DNA of 64,000 nucleotides, taken from IMG/VR virus record IMGVR_UViG_3300033990_000306, positions 1 through 64,000 of that record. One strand, written 5' to 3'. Shown one piece after another: positions 1 to 7,573 of this stretch (positions within the stretch are counted from its first letter, which is position 1; each line of letters starts with the position of its first letter). The notes beneath the pieces are model-generated. The model was not told the origin of the DNA and searched no databases. It saw only the letters and a list, made by a program, of their open reading frames with translations. Source of the DNA: a virus. The translations under genes were made by a program, and so were the position numbers.

Positions 1-99
1 TCTCTTAATGTGGAAGATTATACGGATGAGTTCAAAATGGTTGGATATCGATGCCTGAGATGTGGTTGTATTTGGTTTGAAAATGAATGGGGATTTTGA
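1..99 (+). CDS. 3' part of small Zn-ribbon protein (runs off window start); paralog of 362..490
   Basis: Manual translation SLNVEDYTDEFKMVGYRCLRCGCIWFENEWGF*, aligns with 362..490; stop overlaps next ATG (TGATG). Confidence 0.65.
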   Translation, partial: SLNVEDYTDEFKMVGYRCLRCGCIWFENEWGF

Positions 100-362
100 T
101 GGTAAAAACAGAAAGTTTAAAGCAAATTCATCTTGTAACTGACTCTAAGACACACCAGTTAATTGGTATATTTGACGAGCAACATTCAGATAAATTCTTT
201 ACATCTGGTGATGTGTTAATGGGTGATAAACTATACGTAGGAGGTATTAAGTTTGCAAAAGATGAGTATGCTTCGTGGACTCTTACTTTAAACAAAGAGT
301 ATCCTGATAGCAGAATAAAAGTATCTAAGTCAAGAGTTACTAAGAAAAAAGAGGGAGTATGA
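99..362 (+). CDS. hypothetical early protein
   Basis: ORF 87..362; likely start is ATG at 99, coupled to the upstream stop. Confidence 0.6.
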   Translation: MVKTESLKQIHLVTDSKTHQLIGIFDEQHSDKFFTSGDVLMGDKLYVGGIKFAKDEYASWTLTLNKEYPDSRIKVSKSRVTKKKEGV

Positions 363-490
363 TGAGGTGTCCTAATTGTTGGTCTGTTAACGTGGAAGAC
401 CATATTGAGTTTGGAATGGTTGGGTATAAGTGTTTAAGGTGTAATTGGATTTGGTTTGATAATGGTAGTGTGAGTTACCAGATTGGGTGA
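362..490 (+). CDS. small Zn-ribbon protein (CxxC...CxxC)
   Basis: MRCPNCWSVNVEDHIEFGMVGYKCLRCNWIWFDNGSVSYQIG*; GAGGGAG SD; below ORF-track cutoff. Confidence 0.65.
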   Translation: MRCPNCWSVNVEDHIEFGMVGYKCLRCNWIWFDNGSVSYQIG

Positions 491-495
491 ATATT

Positions 496-657
496 ATGAC
501 AAGTGGAAAGGGTTATAAGTGGAAATGTTCAAAATGTGGTTATGTACTTCCGAAGGAAAGTGATTTGTTGAAAGTATGTCCAGATTGCGGTGTAGTAGGA
601 GAATTTATTAAAGAGGCTGAAAGAGAGTATATAAGACCCCTCAAGGCGGTGAGATGA
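496..657 (+). CDS. rubredoxin-like small metal-binding protein (53 aa)
   Basis: WKCSKCGY...VCPDCG...EF pattern; GGTGA SD upstream. Confidence 0.65.
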   Translation: MTSGKGYKWKCSKCGYVLPKESDLLKVCPDCGVVGEFIKEAEREYIRPLKAVR

Positions 658-713
658 TGCTGTTCAAGGAAGCCGGAATGGCAAATGATTGAGGTTCGAG
701 TCCTCGGGGGTCA
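635..713 (+). ncRNA. tRNA-like element (degenerate tRNA or tRNA mimic)
   Basis: Acceptor-like stem GACCCC(635-640)/GGGGTC(707-712)+A; canonical T-arm TGAGG-TTCGAGT-CCTCG; no proper anticodon stem. Confidence 0.45.
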
Positions 714-857
714 CTTATGGAATGGAGGTTGGGTATTAATGTTAACAAATGAAGTTATTACTTATCCTTGTGAGATGAGGTTTAGACAGTATTGGCAACT
801 TGGGTGGGGACTTGAGTATATACCTACTTATGTTTTAGGTGCATAGGAGGGAGTTAA

Positions 858-1058
858 TTGAGTAAATTATTTTTGGTGTCTAGAGTTAATTCTATTTACG
901 ATTATGAAAGTTTAGAGCCACTTAAAGTATTCAAAAATTGGGAAGATGCTACTAAATATCTAGTTAATTTATCTAATAAAGATAAGAATAAATATCAGGT
1001 TACATTAATTGAAGGAGAAGGATTTGATGAAGAGAAAGGTAGGAGGAAAGCAAAATGA
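858..1058 (+). CDS. small early protein, paralog family with 2405 and 2619
   Basis: GGAGGGAG SD, TTG start; K(L/V)(F/Y)LV...(V/I)F..xEDA pattern. Confidence 0.6.
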   Translation: MSKLFLVSRVNSIYDYESLEPLKVFKNWEDATKYLVNLSNKDKNKYQVTLIEGEGFDEEKGRRKAK

Positions 1059-1363
1059 AATTCGTAAGATGTCCTTTGACATATGAAATGAAAGGAGTAG
1101 TATTTAATTGTGACTTGCAAGAAGGTCATACTGGTAGTTGTGCAACTCTTCTGACATATCCTTATAAAGATGCTACTATTGTGTGGAATAAGCAGGAGGG
1201 AAGTAAAATGGAATTTGTAAGATGTCCGTTGAAATTTGGAATACGAGGAATAGTCTTTAAGTGTGATTTGCAGGAAGGTCATTCTGGGAATTGTATAAGT
1301 CTTCCAGAATATCCTTATAAACTTGCTACTGTTATGTGGGATAAAAAGGATGGATTTGAATGA
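1055..1363 (+). CDS. tandem-duplicated Cys/His domain protein
   Basis: Two 51-aa repeats, each with RCPL...CDLQEGHxGxC...YPYK. Confidence 0.7.
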   Translation: MKFVRCPLTYEMKGVVFNCDLQEGHTGSCATLLTYPYKDATIVWNKQEGSKMEFVRCPLKFGIRGIVFKCDLQEGHSGNCISLPEYPYKLATVMWDKKDGFE

Positions 1364-1692
1364 GCATTTCTGTTGATAAAGAGGCTTTGGAGAGATTACA
1401 AAAAGAATCAGAATTTAATCATAAAGTAAAACATAAAGTATATGACGAAAGTAAGAAATCACATTATGCTTATTTTGGACATAGGTATAAGCCTAAATTA
1501 GGTTATGAACTTGGAGTAACTTATAGAAATGGTGAAGTAATAGAAACTAACGTAGTAGGTATAACGAAAATGGACATTAACCTTGATAGAGATATATATT
1601 TATATTCTGGTAAAAGACTTATAGTTAACTTCAAAAAAGAGAATTTCGTTTCTTTAAGCGTTAATAAAAAAGAGAGTAGGCGATGTAGATGA
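1360..1692 (+). CDS. hypothetical protein
   Basis: ORF coupled to neighbours by overlap. Confidence 0.6.
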   Translation: MSISVDKEALERLQKESEFNHKVKHKVYDESKKSHYAYFGHRYKPKLGYELGVTYRNGEVIETNVVGITKMDINLDRDIYLYSGKRLIVNFKKENFVSLSVNKKESRRCR

Positions 1693-1880
1693 AAGTTAGT
1701 CCGAAGACTTGGGAATTTGCTGGTGACTATTGTTGCTGGGATTTTCAGGAAAGAACTATTGACGATGGTTATTCAACGCCCTCTATTTTTACTGACGGAG
1801 AAAAGGTATTCTTTGGTGGGGCAACTATAAAAAATTGTCCTTTCTGTGGTAAAAAAATAGAATTGAGGAGGGAATGCTAA
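1689..1880 (+). CDS. small Zn-binding protein
   Basis: YCC...IKNCPFCGKKI motif. Confidence 0.6.
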   Translation: MKVSPKTWEFAGDYCCWDFQERTIDDGYSTPSIFTDGEKVFFGGATIKNCPFCGKKIELRREC

Positions 1881-2260
1881 TGACTGTTCCGGAAAATACA
1901 CTACACATAAAAGATTTGAGTATCGTAAAAACTTCTGAATTTTTGGATAAGTTTAAAGAGAAGAGTCTTATTATGTGGGGTTCTGACGTTTCTACTATGT
2001 TTTTTATTCCTCAATTACTTAAGTATGAAATTATAGAAAGTTCTTCTAACAATGAGTATGACGAAGACATTGGGTATAAAATAGTATTTACTGGGAGAGG
2101 TAAAGAAGCGATTTTCTTTAAGAATTGTTTTGGGTTTGTAGAATTTGAAAAACAAGAAAAATATTGGGTAGATAGTTTTAATGAAAAGGAAATGGTAATT
2201 ATTTCTTACTGTAGAAATTATAAAGACTATTCTAAAATATTGAGCGATGAGGTGAAATGA
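1874..2260 (+). CDS. hypothetical protein
   Basis: ORF with GAGGAGGG SD. Confidence 0.6.
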   Translation: MLMTVPENTLHIKDLSIVKTSEFLDKFKEKSLIMWGSDVSTMFFIPQLLKYEIIESSSNNEYDEDIGYKIVFTGRGKEAIFFKNCFGFVEFEKQEKYWVDSFNEKEMVIISYCRNYKDYSKILSDEVK

Positions 2261-2404
2261 GAATACATTTAGAGCCTAGATGTGAAGTTCACGCAAAAGG
2301 AGATATGAAGCTTACAGGTATTATGAGACCTTGTGTAGTATGTGGGCGACTTTGTAATACGGCTAGAATGATAATTGACGAAGATGAAGAGTGAGGTGAA
2401 TGAA

Positions 2405-2626
2405 ATGACAAAGGTTTGGATATTGTTTGGAGATAAAGTAGAGAGTAGATTTGTGCTAGGGGTATATTCTTCTTTTGATTTAGCTAAAAGAGATTGGTTA
2501 AAGTATTATGAAAAGAATAATCCTTATTCTGAGTTTAGTGACGAAGATGAAATATGGTGGGTAAATGAGCAACCAGAAGAGTCTATTGAGGAATTTGAGG
2601 TCAAAGAGGAGTGGTTTGATGACTAA
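2405..2626 (+). CDS. small early protein (paralog of 858, 2619)
   Basis: GAGGTGA SD before ATG 2405; MTKVWIL...VLGVYSSFDLA. Confidence 0.6.
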   Translation: MTKVWILFGDKVESRFVLGVYSSFDLAKRDWLKYYEKNNPYSEFSDEDEIWWVNEQPEESIEEFEVKEEWFDD

Positions 2627-2777
2627 GGTATATTTGGTAAATAAGTGGGATTATGGTCCATACGCTGACTATAGGTATAAGGCTATGAAAATATTTAAGA
2701 GTAAAGAAGATGCTGATGAATTTGCTAAAGCTGAGGGCAAATGTGAAGTTGTTGAAATTGAGGCGGAGGGAGTTTAA
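2619..2777 (+). CDS. small early protein (paralog of 858, 2405)
   Basis: MTKVYLV...KIFKSKEDA. Confidence 0.6.
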   Translation: MTKVYLVNKWDYGPYADYRYKAMKIFKSKEDADEFAKAEGKCEVVEIEAEGV

Positions 2778-2778
2778 T

Positions 2779-3018
2779 ATGGAAGACAAAAAAGAGAATA
2801 ATGATAAAAGTATTGAAGAGGAAAAGAAGGAGTTAGCAGAAGAGTTGTATGCTAGTTTTGATAAAGTAACGCCATTGCTTATTGACAAAAAAGTAACAAT
2901 AAAAGAATTAATTGGGTTTATTGTAGTATTTATGGCTAAGTTAAAAGAAAGTAATAAGGAAGACTTTGATATAGCATTAATGCTTATAGAGTCAGTTTCA
3001 TTTAACAAAGAAGAGTAA
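2779..3018 (+). CDS. hypothetical helical protein
   Basis: GGAGGGAG SD before ATG 2779. Confidence 0.6.
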   Translation: MEDKKENNDKSIEEEKKELAEELYASFDKVTPLLIDKKVTIKELIGFIVVFMAKLKESNKEDFDIALMLIESVSFNKEE

Positions 3019-3032
3019 AAGAGGGAAACTGT

Positions 3033-3284
3033 ATGGAGACATATGTAGCAGATTGTGTAGCGGTGGACAAAGTTGGGTTGGTTACTGTTATAGTTAAAGC
3101 TAACAATATAAACGAGGCGTGGGAAAAAATACTTAAGCATATAGAGGAAAATTATGGAGATACTTATGCTAAGAATTTTTCTGCATTTGGTTATGTTGAA
3201 GTTTTGCCAGAAGATGAAGTATATAGTTATGTTGATTCTTATTTCAAGAATTACTTTGAAAATAAAGAAGAAGTTAAAGAATAA
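3033..3284 (+). CDS. hypothetical protein
   Basis: ORF with GAGGG SD. Confidence 0.6.
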   Translation: METYVADCVAVDKVGLVTVIVKANNINEAWEKILKHIEENYGDTYAKNFSAFGYVEVLPEDEVYSYVDSYFKNYFENKEEVKE

Positions 3285-3333
3285 AAAGAATATTTATATA
3301 ACTTGTTTAAATGACTAAATTTGGAGGAAAATT

Positions 3334-3687
3334 ATGGAAATGAGTGAAAGGGGGTTAAAAATGTCGGAGTTACAGAAGAAGTATAAGTTTTATAGAGTTG
3401 GGAGGAATGCAGTAAGCAAAAATGGTTTTATTTCCGACTTAATGGTATTTGGACTTGAATGTCCTCTTGAGTGGTATGAGCCTTTAGACAAGTTAGGGCA
3501 AAAGGTTGAGGAAGGTATAAAGAGAGGGTTATTACCTAAAAATATTAAGGCTTCACAAGTTAAAGAAAAATTCAATGAGTTGAGGGTTTATTATTATCCT
3601 TATCATAAATTAGTAGAGCGTTACATTAGAGAGGCAGAGAAAGAGGTAGCAGAAATAGAGAAGAATAGTTTGAGGGGGAAAGAGTAA
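3334..3687 (+). CDS. conserved viral hypothetical protein (QVKEKF-x-x-LRxY family)
   Basis: QVKEKFNELRVYY motif; TATA at ~3293 and GGAGG SD. Confidence 0.65.
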   Translation: MEMSERGLKMSELQKKYKFYRVGRNAVSKNGFISDLMVFGLECPLEWYEPLDKLGQKVEEGIKRGLLPKNIKASQVKEKFNELRVYYYPYHKLVERYIREAEKEVAEIEKNSLRGKE

Positions 3688-3688
3688 A

Positions 3689-3958
3689 ATGGACACAGAA
3701 AGAGATTTTGAGGAAGTAAATAGGCAAGATGTGTATTTGGTAGTAAACGAGCAGGGAAAATTATTAGTTGGGGTATATGAAAGACTAATTTTTATGAAAA
3801 CATTTCTTGATGATATTGATGATTCAGCTATAGATGAAATTACAGATGCAGATGCTTTTATGTTTATAAAGGCAGGGTATAAGGCTTATAAAGTGCATTT
3901 GAATACTAATTTAACTAATTATGACGTTAAAGTAATAACGGAAGGTGAGGAGAAATGA
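3689..3958 (+). CDS. hypothetical protein
   Basis: ORF in operon. Confidence 0.6.
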   Translation: MDTERDFEEVNRQDVYLVVNEQGKLLVGVYERLIFMKTFLDDIDDSAIDEITDADAFMFIKAGYKAYKVHLNTNLTNYDVKVITEGEEK

Positions 3959-4140
3959 AACTAATAAAGTTTGAGACTGAAATACCAGAAGATGTATTTG
4001 AGCGGTGGAAGAAGCATTGTAAGAAGTTTTTTAATACTTCAATGCAAGAAGACTTTATTATGGCGATAATAGAGCATATGGATTACTTTGACGATGACGA
4101 GAGAGAAGAGAGTGGGGAGAAGTACCACTTTATTTATTGA
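3955..4140 (+). CDS. small protein, possible ribbon-helix-helix DNA binder
   Basis: N-terminal beta pattern followed by two helices; GGTGAGG SD. Confidence 0.45.
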   Translation: MKLIKFETEIPEDVFERWKKHCKKFFNTSMQEDFIMAIIEHMDYFDDDEREESGEKYHFIY

Positions 4141-4149
4141 GGTGAAAAT

Positions 4150-4662
4150 ATGAGTAAGTATAGAGAGTATACATATAGAGAAAGAGACCCTATAAAGATA
4201 TTGAAAGAGTTTAATGAGGCTATGTTGAAGGACGGAGCTTATATAGACGTTAATAAAATTAAAAAAGAGAATACAATCGTTGAAAAACGGAAGTTTAAGT
4301 TTGTGTATGCAAGTTCACATAAGTGGGATTTTGGTCCTTATATTTTATTTTTTGACGAGAAGTATATTGGAATGTTAGAGCCACCAACAATAAAAAACTT
4401 ATTTATTGGGTCAGACTCATTAAGTAAGGAAGAATTAGCATCTTGGGCTATTTTTATTTATCCTTATAAAAAGGGAGCGGTAATACCAGAATCTCTTCAA
4501 ACTATAATATATTTCAAGTATAGAAATGACTTTAAGAGCCCTAATAGGCTTGCTAAAAAAGTTGACAAGATAATGAAAAAATTTGAGAAGAATAAGTTTA
4601 ATGACAAAATTGAGCAGGAGAAAATAGGGGACAAAACCATTCCGAAAATTTTTGTAAATTAG
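4150..4662 (+). CDS. hypothetical protein
   Basis: GAGGTGA SD. Confidence 0.6.
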   Translation: MSKYREYTYRERDPIKILKEFNEAMLKDGAYIDVNKIKKENTIVEKRKFKFVYASSHKWDFGPYILFFDEKYIGMLEPPTIKNLFIGSDSLSKEELASWAIFIYPYKKGAVIPESLQTIIYFKYRNDFKSPNRLAKKVDKIMKKFEKNKFNDKIEQEKIGDKTIPKIFVN

Positions 4663-4663
4663 T

Positions 4664-4942
4664 TTGAGTGAGGTTGTTTGTATGGAGAAAGTTTCATTTT
4701 TTAAGTGGTTGTTAGGAGGAAGTAAGTTAATAATTTTTGGTCTGTTTTGGACAATAGTAAAGGACTGGAAATTATTTTTGTGGACATTTGAACTTTTTTT
4801 CCTTCTAGTATTGTATTATTATGTATTTCCAAATACGAGTTTTATTTATTATTTGGTACTTGTTATATGGGCTATTAGTGCAGTATTCTTTTTGTTGTAT
4901 ATAATATATTTGACTATGCAAGGGTTGAATGATAATGAGTAG
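4664..4942 (+). CDS. small membrane protein
   Basis: Three hydrophobic segments; likely start ATG 4682 after GAGG. Confidence 0.6.
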   Translation: MSEVVCMEKVSFFKWLLGGSKLIIFGLFWTIVKDWKLFLWTFELFFLLVLYYYVFPNTSFIYYLVLVIWAISAVFFLLYIIYLTMQGLNDNE

Positions 4943-5077
4943 GAGGGAAGATGAGCTTAAGTATAAAAAGTATGTTTATAAAACTTCTAGAAGAAGACTA
5001 TACCCTAAGCATTATAAGAGGTTGGCTCGTGAAGTATTGTTATACTTGAAGGTAACTGTTTATGAGAGGTTGTAAAT

Positions 5078-5272
5078 ATGTATATTAGGTGTTCGTGTAA
5101 TACAGTTTTTAAGTTAAAGACTAATAGTAGGAGTAAGACTTGTGGTAGTTTTACTACTCATATAAAGAGAAACCCTACACACTATGAAGTTGACAGGTGG
5201 ACTTTTAAGCCGAAGAGTGGACGAGTAGTAAAGTCTGTTGGGAAGAAAGGACTTACCTTTTTGGAGCAATGA
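5078..5272 (+). CDS. small basic Zn-finger-like protein
   Basis: CxC...FxxHxxxxxxH. Confidence 0.55.
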   Translation: MYIRCSCNTVFKLKTNSRSKTCGSFTTHIKRNPTHYEVDRWTFKPKSGRVVKSVGKKGLTFLEQ

Positions 5273-5357
5273 AATTACTTTTGAGAATTTTTAAATACTT
5301 TAAAATAATACCTATTTACCTAGACGGAAACCTAAAAACCCTAAATGTATACCCATT

Positions 5358-5426
5358 AAATGAGGTGTAAGTTCGGTTACTTAAGTATGCGGTTACCTAA
5401 AAATACCGAGCTTTTAATCCTCATTT
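5358..5426 (+). ncRNA. Y-RNA-like stem-loop 1 (putative Ro60 ligand)
   Basis: AAATGAGG/CCTCATTT outer stem, internal loop, AAGTTCGGT/ACCGAGCTT inner stem, GTTACTTAA at loop entry; directly upstream of TROVE gene. Confidence 0.7.
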
Positions 5427-5435
5427 TAAATTCAA

Positions 5436-5499
5436 GAGAGAGGTGAAGACTTAGTTACTTAAAAGCTGATTTTTTACTAAGTCTTGAAAGTCCTCTCTT
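5436..5499 (+). ncRNA. Y-RNA-like stem-loop 2 (putative Ro60 ligand)
   Basis: AGAGAGG/CCTCTCT outer stem, AAGACTTAGT/ACTAAGTCTT perfect inner stem, same GTTACTTAA motif; covaries with copy 1. Confidence 0.7.
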
Positions 5500-5564
5500 C
5501 ACTCCCATAAAAACTTAAATATAAAATTAACTTAAGGGAATTACTAGAAAAGGAGGAGATTTTG

Positions 5565-7106
5565 ATGAGTGTAACAAAGAAGTTGGTAAAGAATAGAAAG
5601 TATGATACGGTGAATGACGAAGGAAGACCTAGTTATAGTATTGACGACAAACATATGTTGGTTAATATGGCATTGCTTGGAACATTGGACTCTACTTTTT
5701 ATAAGAGCGAAGATGAAAACAAAACAATGCTTTTTGACACTATAAACAAGTGGACAGAAGAAGACGTAGATTTTCTCATTAAAACAGCTATTTATGCTAA
5801 GGAAGTTGGAGGAAAAAGAACAAGCCCCATTGCTCTGATGGTCAAAGCTAGTACTCTGGACTTTGACAAATTTAAGACTAACTATAGTAGAGTAATAAAA
5901 ACTCCTAAAGATTGGTCTCAATTTATGGACTTGGCAAGGTCAAAGAGTTTGGGGAGAGTTGGAATTGGGTCTGGAATAAAGAAGTTGATGATTAGTGATA
6001 TTGCTGGGTATAATGATTACTTAGCTCTCAAGTATAGTGGAGAGATAAGGGAAATGATAAGAATGGCTCGCCCTAAAGAGAGTATTAATCCTTCCGTCAT
6101 TCCTTATATAATGAGAAGGGAAACAGTTAATAAGAAGGGAGAGGTTAATCAGTACTTTAATAATCTTGAGCTTTATAAGAAGGGCAAAATAAGTTTTGCT
6201 GAGTTTTCTAAGGAGAGGGTTTATCCTTATGAGCTTGTTTCTAGTTTTGGTACTTCTCCAGAAATTTGGGAGTATTTAATGAACACCAGTCCTATATTTA
6301 ATTTTCTCAGGAATTTGAGGAATTATTTTGCGAATGTGGACGCTGACAAAGTTTTAGAGAGAATGGAGAAAGTGTTTACTAAAGAGGCAATAAAGCATTC
6401 AAAGATTTTCCCAGCACAACTTTATATAGCTTACAAGGAGAATGTAAAGGATTGGGACATAGAAAAACCACCATTGAAGTTTTATAGGTTTAAAGATATA
6501 ATGACTAACGCAATAAAGGCTTCACTTGAGAATATTGCTATACCATTCGAAGGTAGAGTTGCAGTTCTTGGAGACATAAGTGGTTCTATGACTTCTACTT
6601 TGACTTCTAGTCATTCAGACATAAATGCGGCTATGGTTGTAGGACTTGTTACAGCTAGTATTATGGAGAAGAATGACGTAATATTCTTGCCATTTGATTC
6701 TGGAATTAGAGTTGGGGGAATTAGTGCTATGGCAAATGCTACTGACTTTCTGAGTAGAGTTTCTACTGTGGAGAATATGGTTGGTGGAGGGACTAATTTG
6801 GCTGTAGGATTTGAGTACCTTACTACTTTCAATAACAAAGTAGATAACATAATAGGAATAACAGACAATGAAAGTTGGTTTGGGAATGATGTGGAGAATG
6901 CTATAAAAACCTACATTAAGAAAATTAATCCTAACGTGAAGATTTGGTTAATGACTATAGTTCCTAATGACACCCAAATGACTAAGAGTAGCAATCCTAA
7001 CATAACTTATTTGTATGGGTGGAATGATGATATATTTTCTCTTTCAAAGAGCAAGACAGTTGATGAGCAAATAAAAGAAATAGAGGCGATAAAATGGATA
7101 GTGTAA
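5565..7106 (+). CDS. rsr: Ro60/Rsr-like TROVE + VWA domain RNA-binding protein
   Basis: N-terminal NDEG...GTLDSTFY, IRMARPK, LRNLRN, FPAQLY; VWA MIDAS DISGSM, GGGT, ITDNESW; GGAGG SD. Confidence 0.9.
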   Translation: MSVTKKLVKNRKYDTVNDEGRPSYSIDDKHMLVNMALLGTLDSTFYKSEDENKTMLFDTINKWTEEDVDFLIKTAIYAKEVGGKRTSPIALMVKASTLDFDKFKTNYSRVIKTPKDWSQFMDLARSKSLGRVGIGSGIKKLMISDIAGYNDYLALKYSGEIREMIRMARPKESINPSVIPYIMRRETVNKKGEVNQYFNNLELYKKGKISFAEFSKERVYPYELVSSFGTSPEIWEYLMNTSPIFNFLRNLRNYFANVDADKVLERMEKVFTKEAIKHSKIFPAQLYIAYKENVKDWDIEKPPLKFYRFKDIMTNAIKASLENIAIPFEGRVAVLGDISGSMTSTLTSSHSDINAAMVVGLVTASIMEKNDVIFLPFDSGIRVGGISAMANATDFLSRVSTVENMVGGGTNLAVGFEYLTTFNNKVDNIIGITDNESWFGNDVENAIKTYIKKINPNVKIWLMTIVPNDTQMTKSSNPNITYLYGWNDDIFSLSKSKTVDEQIKEIEAIKWIV

Positions 7107-7423
7107 AGTTGTGTAAGAATTGCGGACACCCAATAGCAGAGTTTGAGGGAGAAGTTTACCATATAGACAGAGGAGAGCAGAAAGCAAAGCTAGAAGAAGT
7201 TGACGGAAATGTTGTTACTAATGTTGTTCTCATTGAGAAAGACTTAGAAGATGAAACTATTGAGTTGCATAAAATGTGTTACTTTTCTAAAGACGATGAT
7301 GAAATACTTGGTAAGACAGACGCATATTCTAAAACTTTGCTAAAGGAAAAGTATGGCGAAAACTATGGACTTGATTTCTGGTTTACCGAAATACATTGTC
7401 TTTGCAAGAAACCTGAACTCTAA
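7094..7423 (+). CDS. Zn-binding hypothetical protein
   Basis: CKNCG...H and C-terminal CxCxxP. Confidence 0.6.
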   Translation: MDSVKLCKNCGHPIAEFEGEVYHIDRGEQKAKLEEVDGNVVTNVVLIEKDLEDETIELHKMCYFSKDDDEILGKTDAYSKTLLKEKYGENYGLDFWFTEIHCLCKKPEL

Positions 7424-7573
7424 AACCTCTTAATTTTAATTAATTTATTTTTTGCATTAATTAATACCTTTAAATTTTTAAACACTCCTAAAATGATTTA
7501 TAAATTAGGGGCGAATATTAATCTTTATTTTCTTTTAATAAAATATTTATATACCTGTTAACGATTGTCTGCT

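Noticed and set aside
635-713. tRNA-Sec or opal suppressor reading (TTCA in the middle, long extra arm)
   Set aside because: Bases flanking TTCA do not form an anticodon stem, and TGA is used as a normal stop throughout
5358-5499. Hairpins as simple terminators or a mini-CRISPR
   Set aside because: Shared internal-loop design, conserved loop-entry motif and compensatory stem changes do not fit terminators or identical CRISPR repeats
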